Program-made: the position numbers and the translations under genes | Notes under the pieces: generated by a model | Told to the model about the DNA's origin: nothing | The model's input: only the letters and a program-made list of their open reading frames with translations | The model's database searches: none | Shown: piece by piece, positions 50,561-63,687 of the stretch | How positions within the stretch are numbered: the first letter of the stretch is position 1 | Layout: every line of letters begins with the position of its first letter | Assembly (NCBI GenBank): GCA_028534125.1 | Contig: CM052816.1 | Location: forward strand, 98,210,001 to 98,274,000 | DNA length: 64,000 bases | Source: Lama glama | Taxonomy: Eukaryota | Direction: 5' to 3'

Positions 50561-51146
50561 GTAAGCCTATTTAGTAAAACTAAACAAACCTCCAAACTCA
50601 TTTCAGAGGCTGCAGCCGAGAGAGGAGTCCCCAGAGGTGAAATGGAGAAGGAGCCATGGGACAGCCCACAGCATCCATCTCCCTTCTCACCAGCGTTCGT
50701 CCTCCAGGGCTCCCTTAACATTCGTGAGAATAAAGGCATTGGTTTCGAGAGCCCAGGTTACTCCATGACACTCCTCTTCTCCTGGGCGCCTTACATCACA
50801 CGTCGTTCCCTCAGCCACCCCGTCAAACACCTTCATAAAGCAACGTCATCTAACCCTGCTTTTGAGGCTTGGATAAAACATGTATTCATCACGACTTCCC
50901 TAGATTCAAAAGATTACTAAACACTTTTACTCCTACAAGGAAGAACTGTAGACATTGATTAACATTTATTAAAAAGGACAGTTTTGATATGGACTAGAAA
51001 GTTAGATAACGCTGTCTATCTGGTAGGAGGGAGCTGGTGAGTGTAGGAGTTGGCAGAGAATATATGCAGGTGACTGCTGCTTTCTCTTCATCTTCTTTTC
51101 TGTTTATATTTAATTTCTATGATGCCATAGAGAGATTTAGGCTTGG

Positions 51147-51190
51147 ACACACGCATGTGCATGCGCACGCACACACACACACACACACAC
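51147..51190. repeat. (CA)n microsatellite with a GC-mixed lead-in
   Basis: ACACACGCATGTGCATGCGCACGCACACACAC... Confidence 0.9.
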
Positions 51191-52615
51191 TTACTTATAT
51201 TGAGAAAAGAAAATGCATTCATGTGATATGTTTCACTTTCTCACAAACGCAGTGATGTCTTGGTCACTGTATGCTAATTTACAAGATTTGATTATTCAAC
51301 AGCATTAATCTAGACACTGCCCGAGAAGAAAGATATGGTTAGCAAGATAACTATGCATATAAATTTGCAATCCTAAGATAGCAATTTTTTTTTTACACTC
51401 CCTCAAGTGTATTCAAATTACCCAACTGCTTGTCAACAACTGATATATGCTAGTTAAAAGAATAAATCAAGGCCCTTTGTTAAAGTATGAACCAACGTAA
51501 TTTACATTTCTTTAACAATATTCAATAGTTCAAACTCTCCATTAATTTCTCTGATGAGATCCCGCTGACAATGATGACTGGTGCACAAGCACACACACTC
51601 ACACCTACACACAGGTGTGCAATCTACCTGAAGGATGACTTCTCAAACCTCTAACGTGGTTCTTAACTGGTCTCAAGTTGAACCGTCTATCATAATTATG
51701 TTATTATTTATTTTCAGTCTTACTCTGAAATTCCTCTGCCTTCTTTCTTTAAGCAGAATATCCTACATCTATTATTTGATTATAGAATATGAGTGCTCTT
51801 TTTCTTTTTCTGACCTACCAAAGAGGTGGATCGCTGCTCAACTCTATACGTCAATATATTTTGGAGATTTGGGCTTGACATAGTGATAAGTCAGGAATAC
51901 TATTTGAAAACAATGCCAATAAAAGACAAAATCACTTGGAAGTCCATATGTGCTTTCCAACTGATGTAGGTAAGCTCTCCGTGTAAAAAGTGCATCACTT
52001 AAATAAAACATAATCAGAAGGCGAGCACTCAGCTTTGCAAAGGGAAATGCACCTCTCACTTAAGCCTGATGCCAATTCACGGAGAAACAGTTCCCTGGCC
52101 TTCAGCTGGACTGCTGAGGAATCTGCCGTGGCTGGGAACGACCACTCTGCCTTTCCCACTTGCCCTTTCAAGATGGCTAAATGTTTTTGAGGGATTCTCA
52201 AGGTTAAGGAAGCCCGCTGAGGCTTGACTGTCACAGACGGAGAAAGCCGACAGTTTCCCACTAGTTAAACACAGAAATGAGTTTCAGGAGACACCGTATG
52301 GTGATTTGAAGACTAACTAGCTGTGACTCAGATGCTTAAGGCTGAGACCCAAGAAAAGCTTAAAAGCTAAGGGTGCACACGACAGACATAAAGAGCAGAA
52401 GACAGCTGGCAGCAGGACCCTGGAGAAGCAAACGCTATAAAAAAGGAGAAGTTTTCCACAACTGAATGGGCTTCAGGGGAGCAGCTGGTGTTTTTCTTGG
52501 CTACTCAGAGAGGGATGGATCCCTGAGAGCGTGAGCAGTGCAGATCAGAGGAAAAGTCTGTGGAGAAGTGTGTGCACAATAAGGTTCAAACTTCCCCAGC
52601 ATTTCTCAGTAGTAT

Positions 52616-53226
52616 TGTTGCAGAAAACTGTGTTACAGCTCAGTTGTGACAACAACCTGGATCCGGGCGAGAGACCAAGCAGCACTCAGAGAGCTGGAGA
52701 ACTCAGGTTTATTACGCCAGCAGGCCCAGAAAAATTAACACTTCAAGCTCTGGACCCCAGCTGTAGGTTTACACAGGCCGTTATAGGCTGCCAGTTTTAC
52801 ACTTTGCAACATCATATGCAAATACACTGTAACAGAAGTTGACCAACCAGGAACAAGCTCTGTAGAAATAGACCAATCAGGAGTGATAGAAATAATCAAT
52901 CAGGAGTGAGGGGAATGGGCCAATCAAGAGTGAGAGAAATAACCAATCAGGAGTGAGCTCCACGCACATGAAGTACTACAAATGGACCAATCAGAAGTTA
53001 GGGAAGTGGGCTAATCAGAAGTGAGAGTAATAACCAATCAGGAGTGAAGGAAATAACCAATCAGAAATGAGCTCAGGGAACCAATAGCATTTTAGGGGTA
53101 AGTGAGCCATTTCAGAGGCAAAAAGTGAGACAGAGCCTCTTGGCCAGGGAACAGGATGGTGCTGGCAGGAGAGTAGTGGCCCTGCGTGGGGGTCCTGCTG
53201 GTCTTTTTATGGGGCTTCCCGCCTCA
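52616..53226 (-). mobile_element. Intact ERV1-class solo LTR with a CCAAT tandem array
   Basis: TG(52616)...CA(53226) termini and a perfect 4-bp TSD GTAT (52612-52615 and 53227-53230). Minus-strand AATAAA (TTTATT at ~52708) and an internal ~23-bp repeat array. Confidence 0.92.
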
Positions 53227-53599
53227 GTATGTCTGTATGTTGGGAGTTAAGACGAAAAGTCTATGTCATTCAAAAACTTGACACTGTTACTTGCTTTGCT
53301 CTTTGAATCATTTGTTTTAACCTCCTGGTAAAGCTCAGTGAACTCCTGGCTAAACCCGGAATGCAGAGTGGGGCTGAGGAACAAAACAGGAGGAACCCTG
53401 TGCATCTGCGTTTGTTCTGTTTCGGCTGTGTTTTCTCGGCGGGTATGGTTTCTCCTTCCGTGGAGTGGCGGTCCCGCCCTCTCCTGTGTCATGAGCCCCT
53501 GCTTTGTCTCAGCCCTGATCAGTACCAGAGTTCTGTGCTCTGATATGCCCCTCTCCCACGTTCTTTTAGGTCCCAGCAATGAGGACCCTTCAGCACATC

Positions 53600-54730
53600 C
53601 TGGATCCTTCCCCTCCAGCCTCTGCCACCTCCAGGCCCTCTCAATGCCACCTGTCTCCAAGCTCCCTCAGCACTGAGAGCCCCCCACTTGCTCCGTGGAA
53701 AGCGGTGCTCTGCTGCTCCAAGGCACACTTTCCTCCTTGTGCTCCTTCCTCTGGGGCTGCTGCTCAGCCTCTGGGGTGGGTCCCCCTCCTCTGTCATCCT
53801 ACAATTTCCAAATCCCGCTCTTGCCTCTCCTCACCGCTCTTTCCTTATTTGACCATCATCCCCTCACATGGCCAGTCATCAGGGCTAGTATTTGTGGTCC
53901 CTGAGCCTGAGTCTGGCCCCATTACCCGCGTCTCCCCGGAGCTGACCCCAGCATCCAGCTGCCTTTGGAGAGTCTCCACGTGGACATCCTACAAGTGTAG
54001 GAAATTAAACAGTCCACAACTGGAGGAGGCATCTCCCATTCTCAGATGTCAGGTAACCTCCTCTTGATACATCATGCCCTCTGCTGCATTTGCACCAGCC
54101 AGGAACCAGGAGTCTTTCCTGACCCACCGCCTTCTTCACCATCCGTATGCATTAGTGATGCGAGATAGTACCCACACTACATCATTACTCTCTTCTTCAT
54201 CTCAGTTCAGGTCCACACATTCTCACCCTGAATGTTGCAAAAGCCCCTTAACTGGCCTCTCTGCCTCCACCTGGCCATCCTCCACCCTCTCTAACGTTGT
54301 AACCTGTGCATTCCATCGAAAAAACAAAGCAGACAATTTCACACCTCAGAAGCCCTTCGCTGGTCCCCCAGAGCCTTCTAGGTCGGGCTCTTTCCCTCCC
54401 AGCCTCTCCTCTCCACCTGCCCCATTTGGATCCTCCTTCCTGTAATCAAATTCTAGATTTTGCTGAAATATCTCCCTTCTTTTGTTAACCTTCAGAATTT
54501 TCCACACGTGACGTCAGACTCTACCATTCCCTGGCTTGACCATTACCTAACTCTATCAGGTGCCCCCTTCCCCAACCTGCCCACAGGTGGGCAAGGGGCA
54601 CCTCCTAGAGCTTGGCAGCCCATGAGGATGAACAGCTCTCTAGCAGCATCCACAAAAACAGAATCACCTGTTCATTTGTCTGTGCTCATCTGGGATTTCA
54701 TCCTCCTCATGGGTGCTTACTGATGAATAT
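53600..54730 (+). mobile_element. L2 LINE 3' portion
   Basis: ATCCAGCTGCCT...TCTCCACGTGGACATCC, CAGCCAGGAACCAGGAGTC.TTCCTGAC and CCCTTAACTGGCCTCTCTGCCTCCAC. Confidence 0.7.
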
Positions 54731-55071
54731 ATTTTTAGGATTTTAAACTTTAACATACCATTTAATACCTGGATAAAATCGCATCCCATGGATGTATTAT
54801 GATTTATTAAGTCATTTTAAAAAGTAGAATCTAGTTAGGAAGGTAATGCTCATGTTAGAAAAATTTACAGCAGAGACATATGCTTGAAACCTTGTGCTCT
54901 ATTTCACACCATTCTGAAATATTTGTATGCTTGCCATGGAATTTCCTCTTGTGTTTGTTGAATATTTTGGCCACATGCCTAATTTCTTGATAACTATATG
55001 GAAAAATGTTAAGAAAAGATAGTTATCATTCATTGTGTTATTTAAAAAAAATGGTTAAACTTCCAAATCAT

Positions 55072-55571
55072 NNNNNNNNNNNNNNNNNNNNNNNNNNNNN
55101 NNNNNNNNNNNNNNNNNNNNNNNNNNNNNNNNNNNNNNNNNNNNNNNNNNNNNNNNNNNNNNNNNNNNNNNNNNNNNNNNNNNNNNNNNNNNNNNNNNNN
55201 NNNNNNNNNNNNNNNNNNNNNNNNNNNNNNNNNNNNNNNNNNNNNNNNNNNNNNNNNNNNNNNNNNNNNNNNNNNNNNNNNNNNNNNNNNNNNNNNNNNN
55301 NNNNNNNNNNNNNNNNNNNNNNNNNNNNNNNNNNNNNNNNNNNNNNNNNNNNNNNNNNNNNNNNNNNNNNNNNNNNNNNNNNNNNNNNNNNNNNNNNNNN
55401 NNNNNNNNNNNNNNNNNNNNNNNNNNNNNNNNNNNNNNNNNNNNNNNNNNNNNNNNNNNNNNNNNNNNNNNNNNNNNNNNNNNNNNNNNNNNNNNNNNNN
55501 NNNNNNNNNNNNNNNNNNNNNNNNNNNNNNNNNNNNNNNNNNNNNNNNNNNNNNNNNNNNNNNNNNNNNNN
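55072..55571. other. Assembly gap (500 N)
   Basis: Run of N. Confidence 1.

Positions 55572-55618
<47 letters not shown>
55572..55618. repeat. (AC)n microsatellite abutting the gap
   Basis: Pure (AC) run of about 23 units. Confidence 0.98.
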
Positions 55619-55621
<3 letters not shown>

Positions 55622-56830
55622 CCACCAGGGACACTACATGATGCTTTTAAAACATCAGTGTTGCTCTTCTTCCTTCCCCTTCCTTTCCCATCTCGTAGGA
55701 AGAGTGTCAAACAAAATATTTGGACAGAAACAAACATGTTAAAATAAATCAGACCAGTCATCCTTCAAATCAGGTTCTCAGCCGTCGTTCGTGGAGGCCA
55801 ATCTCTGCCTCCTTGAAATGAGGGGAGGTTGTCATCACTCCCCTAGCCTCACACTTGACCTTGACCTAGACCAGTGGTCTGCAGACATCTGCGATCATGC
55901 GTCACTATCAATCAGACATTTCTGAATGTATGCCCCTTGTATGTATGTTTATGTACTTAGGGTGTATAATCCATTATCTCATCATGAGTCAATATCTTAA
56001 GGCCGTACATACTTTGAGCAAGGTCATTAATTAACAATAGCGGATATACATCCCTCCTTAAAATTGACTTCTTGATAAATTCAAGTGTTTCGGCTAACTT
56101 TGCAACTGCATATGTGATAAGGTTACTTATTCCATTCAACATATATTTATTTTATTATTGTCTGTCTTTTCTCAGTATAAGGTAAGTTCTAACAGGGTAA
56201 GGAACTGCAGGATTTGCTTTGCAAATTGCACATAATTAACAGATGTGTAAAGTGTAAAAAGGAATAGGGTGCCTTTTCTGTTAATTACTTCAGAAAAGGT
56301 TTCAATAAGAAAGTGATACTTGTTTGGAATCTTGGAGGATGTGGGGTAAGAAACCATGCAGACAGAGGGGAGAAGGATGTCTCAGGCAGAGAGTAAGCAG
56401 CAGGTGCATAAGATTTCTATAGAATAATCTGACAAAATCTTACTCTAGGAATAAATAGTAGTTCTGCTAATTTTGTTATTCATTTTTGCTTTCTTTTGGG
56501 GGACTATCTAGAAGTGGAATGGCTGAATCACATGAGAAGTGTAAGTTCAGCTCTGTAAGAAATTTTCAGTGTGTCTTCCAAAGTGTTTTTGCATTTCCAC
56601 CAGCACTGCGTTGGAAGTTCCAGTTTCATCACATACCCTCCAACACTGGTTATGGTCAGCACTGAAGTTCAGGCGTTTTGATAGCAGTGTCTCACTGTGA
56701 TTTCAGTTCGCATTTCCCTAATGAATAATGATGTTGAGCATCTTTGCCAGTGCTTTTTTCCATCAGTATCTGATCAAGTGCATGTGGAGATCTTCTGCCA
56801 ACATTTTAATGAGTTTGTATGTATGTTTAT

Positions 56831-57162
56831 TGCTGAGGTCTAGATGTGTCTCCGCAAAATTCGTATGTTGAAATCCAAACCCCAAAGGTGATGGTATTAA
56901 TCGGTGGAGAGTTTAGGGGGTAGTTAAAGTCAAGAGGGTGTTGGGGTTAGTATCCTTATAAAAGAGCTCCAGAGAGACCCCTAGTCCTGTCCTCCATGTA
57001 AGGATGCAAGAGGTCTGCAACCTGGAGGAGGGCCCTCACCTGATGATGGGGGTGCCATGATTTTGGACTTCCAACCTCCAGAACTGTGAGAAATAAAGTT
57101 CTGTTGCTCATAAACCACCCACTCTGTGGGTTTTGTTATGGCAGCCTGAACAGACTAAGACA
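56831..57162 (+). mobile_element. MLT1A0-like solo LTR nested in L1
   Basis: TG...CAAAATTCGTATGTTGAAA...GGACTTCCAACCTCCAGAACTGTGAGAAATAAA...GACTAAGACA. Confidence 0.92.
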
Positions 57163-57205
57163 CTTACCCTTAGTTCTGAGTGTTCTTTTTAAATCTGGGT
57201 GCAAG

Positions 57206-57362
57206 AGACATGGATCCTGTACAGTAAATTACACATATTTCAGATGTACAGTTTGATGAATTTCGATAGATGTATATACCCATGAAACCACCACCAAGAT
57301 AGCTAATATTGCCATCATTCCCCAAGAGGTGCAATTTTTGAATTCCCAATCTGTCCCCTTCC
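57206..57362 (-). mobile_element. Short L1 3'-end insertion nested in the older L1
   Basis: TGTACAGTTTGATGAATTT...CCCATGAAACCACCACC, flanked by the direct repeat GGTGCAAG (57198-57205 and 57363-57370). Confidence 0.75.
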
Positions 57363-60300
57363 GGTGCAAGTCTTTTTTAAGGCAAATGATTTGAGGATAA
57401 TTTCTCTCAGTCTATGGCTTGTCTCTTCATTCTCTTAACAGTGTTTCCCAGAGCAGATGTATTAATTTTGATGAAGTTCAATTTAGCAATTGTTTCCTCT
57501 ATGAATTGTAATTTTGACACTGTATTAAAGAAACTCTTGCCTAACTCAAGGTTACAAATGTCAACTCCAACGTTTTCCTCTGGAAGATTTCAAGTTTTTG
57601 ATTTTACATTTAGGTCTATGGTCCATTTTGGATTTATTTCTATATAGGGTGCAAGGTATAGTTTGAATTTATTTTTTCTTTTGTAACATGTGGATACCCA
57701 AATATTCCACCAATATTTGTAAAAAAATCCATTGAGCTGCCTTTGCACTATTTTAAAGTCAATTGTATATATATGTGGATGTCTGTTTCTTCTGTTCTAC
57801 TTCATTGATCTATTTGTCTCTGTTTACAATACAAACTGTCTTGGGTACTATAGCTTCCTAATAAGTCATGAAGTCATGTAGTATTCATTCTCCTGACTTG
57901 TTTTCCTTTTTTAAAGTTGTTTTCTCTACTTCTGGTCATTTGCATTTCCATATGAGTTTTAGAATCAATTTGTCAATTTCTACCAAACAAATGGTCATGC
58001 ATGATTTTGATTGAGGTTGTTTTGGTTCATTTTCAGGCCAATTAACGTCTTAACAACATTGAGTTTTCTGACCCTGGTGCAGGGTGCGGCTCTTCATTTA
58101 TTTAGTTCTCCTCTAATTTCTCTCAGCAATGTTTCATTGTTTTCAGTGTACAGGTCTTTCATATCTTTAGACAGATTTTCCCCTGATTATTTATTTTTGG
58201 GGGGTGATATTGCCAATGGCATCATTGCTTTAATTTTAAATTTTAACTATTTGTTGCAAATATATAAAAACATGATTGATTTTAGTACATTGCTTTGTAT
58301 CCTGCAGACTTGTTAAACTACTTGTTAGTTCCAGTAGGTTTCTTGGGTTTTTTTGCAGGTTCTTTTTCATCTTCTACGTATACGATCATGTCAGTTGTGA
58401 TGGATGCCTTTTTTTTTTTTTTAACTTGCCTGATTGCAGTGGCTAGAACCTCCAGGATAAGCAAGAGAAGTGGTGAGGGAGAGATCCTTGTCTTCTTCAT
58501 GATCTTTAGGGGGAATCAGTCAGTCTTACCTTTCAGTGGATGCTAACTGTAGTTTTTCACAGGTGCCCTGTATCAGTTTGAGGAAGTTCCCTTTTATTCC
58601 TGCTGGGTTGAGAATTTTTGTTGGGAGATTGCTGGAGTTGTCAGATGTTTTCTTGGATCCGTTTAGATAATCATATGACTGACTCTTCCTTTTCAGCTTG
58701 ATAATGTAGTGAAGTATGTGCATTAATTTCTGAATGTCGAACTAACTCTGCATTCTTGAAATAAACCCGACTTCGCCACGATGAATTTTTAACCTATGGT
58801 TTGGGTTTTGTTTGCTACAATTCTTCTAGAATGTTGCCTCTGTCTATGTTCCTGAGGGATTATTTGTCTGTGGTTTTCCTTTCTGACAATGTCTTTATCT
58901 GTGTTTGGTATCAGGGTAATGCTGGCTTCATAAAATGAGTTGGAAACTGCCCTCTCATCTTCAATTTCTGGAAGAGTTTATATGATATTAGTACTGTTTA
59001 TCCCCTACATTTTTAATGGAGTTCACCAATAAAACCATTCACTCAGGCCTAGAATTTTCTTTGTTGAAAAATGTATAACAAATTTAGAAATTTAATGAAT
59101 ATGTAGGGCTATTCAGACTGCCTGTTTCTTCTTGAATGAGCTTCAACAGGCTGTGTTTTTCAAGGAATTTGTCCATTCCACCTAACTAGTACAATGTATT
59201 GGCATAAAGTCATTCGCTGTATTCTCTTGTCACCCTTTAAACGTCCATAGAACCAGTAGTGATGTCGTCTTTTCATTTCTGGTGTTGGTGAAATGTATCA
59301 TCTCTCTCTCATTCTGTAATCAGTCTGGGTACAGGCTTGTCAGCGTTACTGATGGTCTCAAAGACCTAGCTATGGATTTCATTGATTTTCCCTCCATTAA
59401 AGTTTCTGTTTCCTTGATTTTTGCTCTGATTTTTATTATTTCTTTCCTTGTACTTTGAATTTCATTTACTCTTCTTTTTCTAGTTTCTCAAGTTGAAACT
59501 TGAGTCATTTACTTGAGGATTTTTTTCCACTAACATTGACATACAGAGCTAAGTGTGCCCTCCTCCAGGCACTGCTCTGGCAGCATTCCACAAGTTTTAT
59601 TACATAGCGCTTTCATTTTAATCTGGTTCAAATGATACACAGTTTTCTTTTTGATATTTTCTTTGATGCATGGGTATTGTTCACATTTCAAATATCCAGG
59701 GATTTTATAGAGATCAATCTAGTTTTGATTTCTAAATTAATTCACTGTGGTCAGAGAAAATACTTTGTAGAAATTTAATTCTTTTAAATTTATTGAGACT
59801 TTGTTTTATGAAACTGAACATAGTCTATCTTGGTAAAAAATTTGTGGGCACTTGAAAAGAGCGTGTGTTCTGCTATTTATTGAATGGGTTTTTCAATAAA
59901 TTCAGTGAGGTCAACTTGGTTGATAGTGTTGTTTAAATCTTTTATAACCTCACTGATTTTCTGTCAACTTTATCAATTATTGAGAGAGAGAGATTGCGAC
60001 ATTCGAGTATAATGGTGGATTTATCTTTTTCTCCTACTGTTCCACAAGGTGGTATTTTTTGATTCATTGCACGCCAGCTAATCTTTACTAGATGGCAGGC
60101 ATTTTAAATCCAACCTTGCTGGTCCTGGGTGTTGTTACATTCTCAGAAGCATTCTTGAGCTTTGTTCTGAAGCACAGGTAAGCCACTTGCAAACAGCCTG
60201 ATCCTTTCAGATCCTGCTCTTAAGAAGTGCTAGGCAGGACTGGAAAAGTGCTCGGTCCAGGAATAATCACTCCCTTCTGTGGAGGCAAGACTGTACTAAA

Positions 60301-62189
60301 CACTCTGCCCAGTGTCCTACGAACCGGGGGGCTCCCCAATCTGTCTGGTGGGAACAGGCACCACCCTGGTCCCATCTGAGCAGCGGGCACTGACTCTAGT
60401 CCTGCTGGGTGGTTCTTTCCTGGCCTTGGTAGTTTCCTCAGACACGTGAGTTGGTCAGTACACAGCTGAGCATTTGAGGGAGGCCTTCTGCAGATGTCTC
60501 CACACAGCTCGCCCCTCTCCCCTCCTCTGTCACACACTCAGATGACCTTGATCCCCAGACTCCCAGCTCCGAGTTTCACCTCAGGCATTCTGATCTGCTC
60601 CACCTTTTTCTCTCCCATGTAGAAAGCTGTGGTTACCGTGATCAATTCTTTCCTCCCTATCAAGGATCACTGACTTCTAGGGTCTTGAAAAACCATCATT
60701 TGCTGAAGTTTTGTCCTTTTATTGGTTGTTTCAAGGGAAACAGTGTATCCAGTCCCTGGAATTCATTCCACATTGGCCAGAAATGGATGGAGAACCCGTG
60801 TCCTCCTGGGGGTGTGGATGGAAGGGGTCTTCAGAATCTCTGGGGATCCCTGGTTTGCCCACTGGGCTGTGCTAGGGAGTCGCTGGACCAGACCACTCTG
60901 TTCTCTGGAGGAGTGACCGCTGAGATACAACTGGCATCTCTGTGTGTGTACATTTGAAGCAAATTTTCTATCTTGTAGAAGATAGCTAAGTAAAATTAGG
61001 CAATGAAGTCTAAATCTACTTGTTTTGGCCCATTTAAGTTGCAAACATGGCAATAAAGCCAACGGCTGAGTGAGGTGGCCCTGCCAACATCTCCTTTTTG
61101 GAGAGCCATCTGTCAGCAGTGACATGCAGACAGATCCAAGGCTCAGTTAGAGACCTGTTATTGAACATTAAGGATGCCTACTTCCTTTCTAATTATAATT
61201 TAATACACAGAGAAGCTCTTAAATTTCATTTTCATGGCAAGTAGCTCATGATGGTCACCCCCACCGGGGGCCCCACATCTGACTTTGAAAGCATGTATGT
61301 GGATAATCCCAGACTGAGAGCTTTTTCCCTTATTGGTGCCCTAATCAGATTTCCTGACTTACTAACACATCACTGATGAAACCACTGGAAATGAGATAAA
61401 AGGATTCACAGGAACCACTGGCACCGCTTCAATATTCCAGGTGATATTTTGTCCACTTCCATGCTCTGAAGTACAGAGAACTGACTGTTCTGTTTCAAAT
61501 CTGATTGGACAAAAGGAGATGGCAGTGTAATTGTTTAGCTTCTCCCAGGAGCAAGACACAAACATTTCACCACTTTACTGGGCAGAGAGACACGTTGCCT
61601 CTATACAAAAGCTTTTCTTTATTATTGCTCATTTTCAAAGCCCAGAATGGCAGACTACAGGGTTCATTTTCACTCAGGATCCTCCCCTGGACTCAGAGCT
61701 GAATATAAACTCCCCACAAGAGCCCCACTACACAACTAAGATATTATTATTTTTCTTTATCTATTAGAGCTGCCTTTTGGGGCCTTGAATGCAAATACTG
61801 ATTGTGTTGATACAGCCTTTTGACCACAATTATTTCCTACCGCTTGTCAGAAGCAGGTTGGCTCAGCAGTAAGTCCAATAAATTCATACAAGAACATTAG
61901 TAGCAGGAGTGCACATTTTCATCTCCTAGAATTTTTAATGCTTGAGTTTTTATCTTCATACCCCATTTTTCACCAACTAGTTAACTTGATTTGTTGTCAT
62001 CTTCTGCCCCCAAGAATTTTTGAGAATTGATGAATTGATGAGCCCTCCTTCATGGAAAACGACCTTCAGCAAGTATGGTTTCTCATCTTCCATCCTCTAA
62101 CAGTTCAGTAGAAAGTGTCCTCTGTGATGCTGTTAAATGTGCCTGGCTAGACTAAGAGAGCAAAAGTATTTTAGAAGATGGTTGCAGGT

Positions 62190-63185
62190 TTTAAAAATTG
62201 AGATGTAGTTACTATACAATAAAATACACATATTTTAAGTGTTCAGTTCGATGAACTTTGACAATTGTACACACCTGTGTCACCATACCTAAAACAAGAC
62301 ATGCAACATTTCCATCCTCCCAGAAAATTTCATTGCACTCCTTTCTAGTCAATGTCCACTCTCAACTGGCCCCGTAACCACAATCTTATCACCATATTTT
62401 AGTTTTAACTGTGTCTGGATGTTAGCATAACTGAAGACATCTTGGGCCCATTCAGTTCCTCCTGTCCTTCCACTGATGCAACCTGGGGATGTACCACGTA
62501 GTAAATTTCTTCTCTGTCATCAAAACTTTGTAGTTAATAGATATTGTTTAATAATCTTTAGGACCAGATGGCCTCTATGCTCTGTTAGTCCCCAAACAAT
62601 GATGAAGACCTTCTCTGACCTATTCCTGCACCCACAAGAATAGTTACCCATTCCTAAATCTTGATTTAGGAATGCATATCCAGTTTCCAAGCACTTACCT
62701 CCATACCCTGGGTTAACTCAACCTGTCCCAGTGGCCTTTTGGAGGTGCCAAGTGCAGCTGCAAATGCCTCCAGATCATTGTCCACTGGAGTCCACCCTGT
62801 AAGTTACTGTATAATAAAAAACTGATTCATTGATTACATGGAGATGCCTGCCTCATTTTTCAGTCTCGAGATACCTAGTTTAGTGGGCGTATTTTGTTCC
62901 CACTGCCCTCCAACAAACTGTATTAGTATTTCATGCAAATGAATCATGCAGTGTGTTCTCTTTTGTGAGATTGATCACTACTGTTGCATATGTAAGTCGT
63001 GAGCTCTTTTTTATTGCTGCATCCTCATTTTAGGAGGATAGCACAATTGTTTATCTGTTTTTCTGTCAATAGATATATGGATTTTTCTCCAGTTTTTGGT
63101 AGTTATTCACTTTCTTATATGAGTATTTTGTTAACATAGGTTTTCATTTTTCTTGAGTCAGTACATTGGAGTGAAATAACCAGTT
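62190..63185 (-). mobile_element. L1 (MB/ME-like) 3' end split by an LTR
   Basis: TTTTAAGTGTTCAGTTCGATGAACTTTGACAATTG...AACATTTCCATC before the LTR, resuming after 62920 (GAATCATGCAGTGTG, TTTTTATTGCTG). Confidence 0.75.
62412..62915 (+). mobile_element. Solo LTR, probably ERVL class (LTR47-like 3' end)
   Basis: TG...CA termini, a perfect 5-bp TSD AACTG (62407-62411 and 62916-62920), and AATAAA at ~62813. Confidence 0.8.
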
Positions 63186-63189
63186 ACAT

Positions 63190-63687
63190 TTTGCTTATGA
63201 ATCTCCAATTTGGACCACGTTCGATGGGCAGCTCATCTCTGCTCCATGCAGTGTCAGCTGGGCATTGAGACCTGGAGTGCCTTGTCTCTGAAGTTATCAG
63301 AAGGCTCACTCACTAATGTCTCGTGGCTGATGCTGGCTGGTGGCCAGGACCTTAGCTGGGGCTGACATCCAGAACATCTACGTGTGGTCTCTCCTTGAGG
63401 ACTGTTGGCTTCCTTGCAGCATGGTAGCTGGTTCCAAGAGCAAGTGTTCCAGGAGGACAAAGCAGAAGTGCATGACATTTTAATTACCTACTCAGAAGTA
63501 ACACAGTGTCATGTCTACCATATTCTATTGGTTGAAACAGTCACAAAGTTTCACCTAGGTTCAGGGGTGGGGGAGTAGGACTTAGACCCTAATACTCAAT
63601 GGGTATATTGTTAACATCACATTGTAAGAATAATATGTAGAATGTAGTGATTTTGTTGGTCATCTTTGGGAAATACAGTCTGCCACA
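63190..63687 (-). mobile_element. MLT1F-like MaLR LTR
   Basis: GAATCT..AATTTGG...GCTCATCTCTGCTCCA...GGCTGATGCTGGCTG...CAGAAGTAACACAGTGTCA...AATACAGTCTGCCACA. Confidence 0.85.

Larger units (their letters stand above)
56490..60790 (-). mobile_element. Old L1 (L1M4/L1MC-like): ORF2 remnant plus putative 5'UTR, with nested insertions
   Basis: Antisense ORF2 hallmarks (GCATTTCCCTAATG, TTTAGGTCTATG, GCTAGAACCTCCAG, GGTATCAGGGTAATGCTGGCTTCATAAAATGAGTTGG, TGTGGTCAGAGAA). From ~60055 it becomes GC-richer and resembles an L1M 5' end. Confidence 0.85.

Noticed and set aside
52870..53090. Regularly spaced repeats resembling a CRISPR array
   Set aside because: Tandem units without unique spacers, inside a TSD-flanked LTR in mammalian DNA, with no cas genes.
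54505..54516. Overlapping E-box and CRE (CACGTGACGTCA)
   Set aside because: An isolated motif within a decayed L2, with no supporting context.
55006..55761. Long ORFs around the second gap
   Set aside because: They consist of the N-run plus the (AC)n microsatellite.
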